A stretch of 64,000 bases of DNA from Candidatus Poribacteria bacterium. Lineage in GTDB: Bacteria; Poribacteria; WGA-4E; WGA-3G. This document shows positions 58,142 to 64,000 of this stretch, in pieces. Both the position numbers and the translations under genes were made by a program. The stretch lies in assembly GCA_965205025.1 (NCBI GenBank), contig CBDBFU010000015.1, forward strand, positions 320,001 to 384,000, in the 5' to 3' direction. How positions within the stretch are numbered: position 1 is the first letter of the stretch; each line of letters opens with the position of its first letter. The notes beneath the pieces are model-generated. The model worked only from the letters and a program-made list of their open reading frames with translations, was not told the DNA's origin and ran no database searches.

Positions 58142-59017
58142 TTAACGATCACCCGTGATCCGACGCATCTGCTGTGCTGTGAGAAGTTGCTGTTCAAAAC
58201 GGGGTATACCTTCCGCTCGTTTAATGAAATCATCTAAATAACGGTTCATCATCAGATGATCCCCTTTTTTTTCATAAACAATTGCGAGTCGGAAATACGC
58301 CTCCACTTCAGTACTATCTAAAGACAATCCTTTCTCATAGGTTTGGATGGCAGGAAGCACTTCATCGGTTTGTTCATAAGCAAGTCCAAGATTGAAATAG
58401 ACTGTGGCATCACCACCATCTAATTCAATCCCCGCTTTATAATATTTTATGGCTTCCTGATAAGATTCTCTGAACAGGAAAGCATCACCAAGATTGTAAT
58501 AGGTATCTACAAAGGTAGCATCAGATTTAATAGCGTTTAGATATGCCTCTAATGCTTCATCAAATCTATCGGATAGCGCGAAAGCATAACCCAAATTATT
58601 ATTGAAGGCAGGATTATCCGGATCAATTTCAAGTGCTGATCGAAACATCTCTATCGCTAACAGGAACATCCGTTGATCTATATAAACTAAACCTAAGTTG
58701 TTATATGCATGTGGATGCTTTTCGTCAAGGGAGATGGCAGTCTGGAAGGATTCTATCGCTTTCTCATGTTCACCTAACTGATGATAGATTTTGCCTAATT
58801 CAATATGTCCTGCTGGATCAATCGGATTGAGTTGTTGTCCCATTTCAAGTTTGAGGGCTTCACGTTTCAGATCTCTTTCTTGCTGGGTTGTCTCCTCTGC
58901 AGGACATCCGAATAGATGACATATAAACACCGTTATGAGTAACAGTGAAATGACACGAATACATTGTCTTATTACATTTGGAAAGGAAGAATGATGATTA
59001 TAGACACACATACACAT
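58142..59017 (-). CDS. TPR-repeat lipoprotein (start uncertain)
   Basis: Repeated AYNNLG/YYNLG TPR motifs; LFGC lipobox. Confidence 0.85.
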   Translation of the reverse strand: MCMCVYNHHSSFPNVIRQCIRVISLLLITVFICHLFGCPAEETTQQERDLKREALKLEMGQQLNPIDPAGHIELGKIYHQLGEHEKAIESFQTAISLDEKHPHAYNNLGLVYIDQRMFLLAIEMFRSALEIDPDNPAFNNNLGYAFALSDRFDEALEAYLNAIKSDATFVDTYYNLGDAFLFRESYQEAIKYYKAGIELDGGDATVYFNLGLAYEQTDEVLPAIQTYEKGLSLDSTEVEAYFRLAIVYEKKGDHLMMNRYLDDFIKRAEGIPRFEQQLLTAQQMRRITGDR

Positions 59018-59830
59018 TTTTATGACCCCACGAGACCAGAAGGTGTACCGTGGCCAAACCCTGATGATGAAATACTTTACCGCACGGTTATGCCAGATGA
59101 TTACAAAAAACTTGCAGTTCCTGAAGGTGTAACGGGGACAGTTGTTGTTGAAGCCAGTAAGTGGATAGAAGACAACAAATGGATTCTGGATCTTGCTGCA
59201 AATGAACCGTATATTGTTGGGTTTGTTGGAAACTTAGATCCTAATGATGAGGAATTTGAAGACAACCTAAATCGTTTTTCTGCTAACCCACTTTTCCGTG
59301 GAATACGCCTCGGTGGTGGTCATCTTCAAGCACTCCACGATACCGATTTCGTTGCAAATATTGAAAAATTGGCTGAAAAGGAACTCACCTTAGACCTGCT
59401 TATTAATCCTGATGCTCTCCGCTTGGTACCAACTTTGGTTGAACATATCCCGACCCTTCGTGTGGTTGTTAATCACATTGCTGGTGTACGGGTTGACGGG
59501 AATCCCCCTGATACGGCTTGGGTATCTGCAATTCAAGAAGTTGGTCGTTATCCGAATCTCTACTGCAAAGTCTCCGGGTTAGCAGAACACACCGGACAAC
59601 AACCTGCTCCCGATGATGTTGCCTACTATACCCCCACAGTTGATGTACTATGGAATGCATTTGGGGAAGATAGGCTTATCTATGGAAGTAATTGGCCCGT
59701 ATCAGAACGTTTCGCACCATACGCCACAGTGCAAAAAATTGTTGAGGACTACTTTAACCTCAAAGGCGATGTTGCTACAGAAAAATACTTCTGGCAAAAT
59801 GCTAAGCAAGCGTACCAACTATCGGTTTAG
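58991..59830 (+). CDS. amidohydrolase_2 family protein (lactonase-like)
   Basis: IIDTHTHF, GIRL, NHIA, CKVSGL, YGSNWPV; AAGGA RBS. Confidence 0.9.
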   Translation: MMIIDTHTHFYDPTRPEGVPWPNPDDEILYRTVMPDDYKKLAVPEGVTGTVVVEASKWIEDNKWILDLAANEPYIVGFVGNLDPNDEEFEDNLNRFSANPLFRGIRLGGGHLQALHDTDFVANIEKLAEKELTLDLLINPDALRLVPTLVEHIPTLRVVVNHIAGVRVDGNPPDTAWVSAIQEVGRYPNLYCKVSGLAEHTGQQPAPDDVAYYTPTVDVLWNAFGEDRLIYGSNWPVSERFAPYATVQKIVEDYFNLKGDVATEKYFWQNAKQAYQLSV

Positions 59831-60396
59831 GCAACCCAACGGATAAACTCACCAGCAGGTTTGCGGTGCGGATCCTTGATTTCATCAGGGTATCCAGTAT
59901 AGAAGAACCCAATAATATATTCCTGGGATGAATCTATTCCCAGCAGTTGATATGTCCGCTCTTCCATAGTAATTGGACCGGTGCTCCATTGCATGCCTAC
60001 GCCAGCATCCCATGCAGCGAGTTGAACGTTCTGCATCGCACAACATGCAGCAGCATAATCTTCTCGTTGTCGTTGTTCATCACCGTCCTGTAGACAGGAA
60101 ACGGCAATGATCGTTGGCTTAGACATAAACTTCTCATAAGCCAACTCACCAATCTTGGCAAGATTCTCAGCATCGACGTGATCAGGTGTACCCTCCATTT
60201 TGATTTCTTTATATCGCTCAGCGAGTATCAATTTTGTTTTTTCACCGATGACAGTAAATCGCCACGGTTCTGTAATGTGGTGATTCGGTGCCCATATTCC
60301 GTAACTGAAAACCTGTTCAATTACATCATTCGGCACGGGTTCCGGTTTAAACTTAAATATCGTCCGTCTTGTCATAATCGCATCTTTCACATCCAT
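59827..60396 (-). CDS. nitroreductase family protein (YdjA-like)
   Basis: TRRTI.KF, WAPNH...EPWRF, AMQNVQLAAW..G.G..W.TG; GGAGG RBS before MDVKD. Confidence 0.9.
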   Translation of the reverse strand: MDVKDAIMTRRTIFKFKPEPVPNDVIEQVFSYGIWAPNHHITEPWRFTVIGEKTKLILAERYKEIKMEGTPDHVDAENLAKIGELAYEKFMSKPTIIAVSCLQDGDEQRQREDYAAACCAMQNVQLAAWDAGVGMQWSTGPITMEERTYQLLGIDSSQEYIIGFFYTGYPDEIKDPHRKPAGEFIRWVA

Positions 60397-60465
60397 AAAA
60401 CTTCCTCCTTGTTGTATTATGGTCAATTGGAACGTTGATTGAAAGCGGTAGAATATACCAACGTC

Positions 60466-61059
60466 TTATCTCAACGCATCTATTAGGTGTCCCACCGCTT
60501 CAACAGTATCCTCAATTTCTTTCTTTGGTATATTAGCAATAGTAGCATGGCTGAGCGGGTTTAAAATACGAGTCCGATACAACTCAATATCGTTAATCAG
60601 TTTCTGGTTCAACAAAGCAGAACCCCCATTTTCAGTTCTTCTCTTATTTTCAATTTTGATTGCATCCCAGAAATCTTGAGCGTCTTGTTTGTTCGGGTCT
60701 CGGCGATATTTGACTGGAAGATGTTCATCCTCACAGAATCCTCAATTATAATACCATTTTCAATTGACAGATTTACATTATGACTTAGGTGATACAAGCA
60801 TTATCATACATATTATGAGTCCCATAGGGACGAAATGTCTATAGAAAACATGTCTATCCTCTATCATGAGTCCCATAGGGACGGAATGTTTATAGAATAC
60901 CTTTTAAACTAAATTGGTTTTTTCCTATCTGGTATTTAATGTAAACTAATTAAGTAAAATTGGTATTATTTCAAACGCGGTGCGCAAATAATTGCACATG
61001 CTTTTGATACGTCCCATAAAAGCCTTAAAGTTTTTAATTTCAATTTTGGTAATTCTCAT
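60466..61059 (-). pseudogene. AAA/ABC-type ATPase remnant (internal deletion plus element insertion)
   Basis: ATG 61059 gives MRITKIEIKNFKAF..., joined to KACA/YLRTAFEII, then an insertion, then GFCEDEHLPVKYRRDP...YRTRILNPLSHATIANIPKKEIEDTVEAV...* at 60466. Confidence 0.7.
60747..60968. mobile_element. REP-containing MITE-like element, copy 2 (inserted in the AAA pseudogene)
   Basis: Imperfect inverted ends TAATACCATTTT / AAAATTGGTATTA; two gagtcccatagggacg units. Confidence 0.65.
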
Positions 61060-63998
61060 GCCTTACCTTCAATGATGCGAATAGGTTTGACACTACTCAT
61101 AAAGAATAGATCAACTGCCACAGGATGCGTTTTTTCATATAATCGCTCAAAAATGTCCCGACACGCGGACATTTTATCTACCTGAATCTCTTCAAGTGAC
61201 GGTAACTGTTCATCTAATAACGGTTGAAAAAAGTGTTTGTTCCCTTTATGAAGCTCGTCTGGCAGATAAGACTCATAAACCATGCCATCAATGATTCGAT
61301 CAAAATATCCAACCATCACACGATCACGGGCGTATTTTAAATCCTTACTGTTTACCGTCGGTTGTTTCTTAAGATAAAGGATATATTCAACAATTTTGTG
61401 TATGAGTGCTCTATGCTCCGATTCCATATCAGGTATCGGAATTTGCGAGACATACCGCGGCACGAATTTTAAAAACGGACCTCGAACCTGTGGAGTCGTC
61501 CGCGCGTAAAACCATGAAACCGCACTGGTGTTCAACACACCGAGAAGCCGCAGTTCCCTTGTAGGTAATAGAGAAACAGGACTGCCAACATAATAACCCT
61601 CATCATCAAAAGCAAACGCTGTTTCACTCGCCATATCTGCATAGATACACTTCGGTTGTGTAAACCGCGTCGTATCCGTTGGAGCCGTTTGGAGTTCATA
61701 CCACTCCTGCTTTCCTGATCTCTTTTCCAGCGCGTCCCGGGACTTTTCCAAGTGTTTCTTAATAGCTGGATAAGCGTTGATGTCTATTCCTCGGTGCGTC
61801 CAGATAAGCCACTTATCTTGTGCCTCTCTCCGTGACTCGTCTGTTGGTTTCACTCGCCAACGTTGAATGTCGCGCGCCATTAGAAACGGCTTTAAAATCT
61901 CTGCTGATGATGGGTGTTCGGCAATGAGGGCATCCCGTGTCTTAAGGTGGACAATAAACGCTTCGTTATATCCTGTAGTAATTCCACTCGACGGGTGTTT
62001 GTGAAGATATTCGCTTAAAGGTTTTCCAGCGTTCCGGAATTTCTCAAGTAGTTCCAACACTGCATAAGATTCTTGGGTTTTTCCCTCAGCAGTCAAGACT
62101 CTCTGTGTTGTGGTAAAACTGTTTACTGGATATTGCTTCAACATAGCGATGATGTCTTGCGGCAGTCTAACGCTATTTCTCCGCTCAAAAGTTGCAACGT
62201 CTCTATATAAGTTGTGGAACGCGGCGACGATATCAACTCCTTTGTCTCTGGCAGTGGTCAGGTCGACTTTTGCTTTATCCCATTCTTTCAGGTGTAACCG
62301 AGCGAGACCGCGATGGCAGTAGGACTGAGCATCATCAGGACTTAGTGTTATTGACCTGTCATAGTTTTCAATAGCTTTCTCAAGATCACCTTTGAGGAGG
62401 TAAGGATTGCCGCGGTTGAAATAGGCTCCGGCATGACATGGCTCAAGGTTTATTGCTGTGTTGAAGTCAGTAATAGCCTTGTTAAACTCAGCTCTTTTAC
62501 CATAAGCAACGCCTCGATTGACATAGGCATCAACAAAATCCGATTTAAATTTTATCGCCGTGTTAAAGTAAACAATAGCCTTGTCAAAATCGCCTTTGGC
62601 GTCATAGACATTGCCAAGATTGTTAAATGCCTCGGCAAACTCAGGGTTGAGTTCAATTGCTTTGTCAAAATCTTTAATAGCACGATCCAGTTCACCCTTT
62701 TCCTTGTAAGCAACCCCACGATTGTTATAGAAAGCAGCATGATTCTTTCGCGCGGGTCCAGGCAACCAGAGGATCCCTTCGTTCCATCGCGGTTTCTGGA
62801 CTATTCTAAGCTCGGTTACGGGATGTATTCTTTTTTTCATCTGACTTTCTGGATGTACAGAAAACTGAACAGATTCCACACGATCACAGGTTGGATGTGA
62901 CTTATCGGGATTTCCTGCTAAGGCAACCTCATAAGAGTATTGATTGGGCAAAAGTCCTGTAAAGAAATCAATCCGACAACCAATATCATCACCTTGGATA
63001 AAAAAATAGAAAAAGTGCAGATGCTCCATAGAATCGTAAACAATATCTGCAGGTTCAGAATTTCTACATTGAGCGACAAATTTGTTAGGAGTTCCGGTAT
63101 AGATAAAATCCCTGATTTCAGCAAATATAGGTTCATGTCCACTAAATTTAGGATAGTGGTACAAAAAACAATGAAACGCTGTTTTTGCTATTGCCCTAAG
63201 AAATTCAGGAATAGATGTTGAATCGGATACCGCTTGAATTGCCTGTGTAAACACTTCTGGATTCTGAAGTTTCTTTGCTGGTATATCATCTTTTGCTTCT
63301 CCTTTAAAAGTATCGCAAAAATCCTGTGCTTTGCCTTGATATTTATCTTCCTCAGGAAATAAAACCAGTAAGGTATATTGAGTAATAGGTATATCTTTGA
63401 TGAACTTAGATTTGAATTCATCTTTTTTGGAAAAGAAACGATTGGCTGATTTCGGTGGAAAAATATACGTATTTCCAAAAATGCAGTATACATCATCCTG
63501 TTCATTATAGTCTGTAATGAAATCCCAATCTAAACTAATGGCATTAAATTCCTCTCGATTTTTTACGATGATTTCCCTTACAGACTGTTTACTAGTGCAC
63601 AAAGTTAAAATTATTTGAGGCTGCAAAGCTCTTACCGTATATTCGGCGGTATTTTTTTCATTACTCTCTATAGTGAAATCATGCAGCAATATATGATCAT
63701 CGTAAACAGGATTTGACAAAAATAATCTCACTGGGTTGACTTCGACCTCTCTTTTATTGTAAACAGAAGAATGTAGCGTTTTATTTTTCTGTCCTAATCC
63801 CTCCTGAATCCGTTCCCAGATATATGCTAGGGGAGATTTTCTTGACAAAACCACATCAAGTTTTCCTAAATGACTATTACAATCTTTACACAAGTGTTTC
63901 CGAATTGCCCACTTGGTCACCCCTTTCTGTCGTAAAGAATCGGGAAAAGCATGTTCTTCATTTAAATCTTTTTCTTCCTTGCAGTAAATACATTTACC
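61056..63998 (-). CDS. HNH endonuclease - TPR - TaqI-like C-terminal specificity domain fusion (5' end beyond window)
   Basis: Frame is open to the edge: GKCIYC...EEHAFP...LCKDCNS (HNH); five TPRs; GITTGYNEAF, YPAIKKHL, WYELQ, LLGVLN, QIPIP (TaqI_C/TRD); no MTase motifs. Confidence 0.82.
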   Translation of the reverse strand, partial: GKCIYCKEEKDLNEEHAFPDSLRQKGVTKWAIRKHLCKDCNSHLGKLDVVLSRKSPLAYIWERIQEGLGQKNKTLHSSVYNKREVEVNPVRLFLSNPVYDDHILLHDFTIESNEKNTAEYTVRALQPQIILTLCTSKQSVREIIVKNREEFNAISLDWDFITDYNEQDDVYCIFGNTYIFPPKSANRFFSKKDEFKSKFIKDIPITQYTLLVLFPEEDKYQGKAQDFCDTFKGEAKDDIPAKKLQNPEVFTQAIQAVSDSTSIPEFLRAIAKTAFHCFLYHYPKFSGHEPIFAEIRDFIYTGTPNKFVAQCRNSEPADIVYDSMEHLHFFYFFIQGDDIGCRIDFFTGLLPNQYSYEVALAGNPDKSHPTCDRVESVQFSVHPESQMKKRIHPVTELRIVQKPRWNEGILWLPGPARKNHAAFYNNRGVAYKEKGELDRAIKDFDKAIELNPEFAEAFNNLGNVYDAKGDFDKAIVYFNTAIKFKSDFVDAYVNRGVAYGKRAEFNKAITDFNTAINLEPCHAGAYFNRGNPYLLKGDLEKAIENYDRSITLSPDDAQSYCHRGLARLHLKEWDKAKVDLTTARDKGVDIVAAFHNLYRDVATFERRNSVRLPQDIIAMLKQYPVNSFTTTQRVLTAEGKTQESYAVLELLEKFRNAGKPLSEYLHKHPSSGITTGYNEAFIVHLKTRDALIAEHPSSAEILKPFLMARDIQRWRVKPTDESRREAQDKWLIWTHRGIDINAYPAIKKHLEKSRDALEKRSGKQEWYELQTAPTDTTRFTQPKCIYADMASETAFAFDDEGYYVGSPVSLLPTRELRLLGVLNTSAVSWFYARTTPQVRGPFLKFVPRYVSQIPIPDMESEHRALIHKIVEYILYLKKQPTVNSKDLKYARDRVMVGYFDRIIDGMVYESYLPDELHKGNKHFFQPLLDEQLPSLEEIQVDKMSACRDIFERLYEKTHPVAVDLFFMSSVKPIRIIEGKA

Positions 63999-64000
63999 TT

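Overview
AT-rich bacterial window, inferred to come from Candidatus Poribacteria (expanded Uma2 and PhyH genes, a planctomycete-type DUF1501/DUF1553 module, and a C-terminal 'GKLPIVWGKLK' motif). Most of 3.6-37.2 kb is a minus-strand respiratory supercluster. It runs: Rieske protein, split cytochrome b and octaheme cytochrome c; a Nitrospira-like 'bd-like' CydA (no CydB) with c-type cytochromes, an EB_dh/NxrC-like protein and two cupredoxin-like paralogs; an ABC-2 transporter; a complete A1-type aa3 oxidase operon interrupted by an orphan DNA methyltransferase; then a putative maturation block (USP, Mrp, radical SAM, Zn-ribbon and coiled-coil proteins) sharing six copies of a PCP_red-like helical module. 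37.4-49.6 kb is a DUF1501/DUF1553/PPC/sulfatase/WD40 operon. Its first gene appears to be an unannotated selenoprotein (in-frame UGA in a GMT-U-GAC heavy-metal-binding motif, followed by a SECIS-like hairpin), and two other genes in it are split at an identical TTT-TAA +1 site. The rest holds TroA, ArsA/GET3, hslV/hslU, TPR, amidohydrolase and nitroreductase genes, REP/MITE-like repeats, a wrecked AAA-ATPase gene and a 5'-truncated HNH-TPR-TaqI_C fusion. No rRNA, tRNA or CRISPR array was seen. All family assignments are by motif recognition; no database searches were run.
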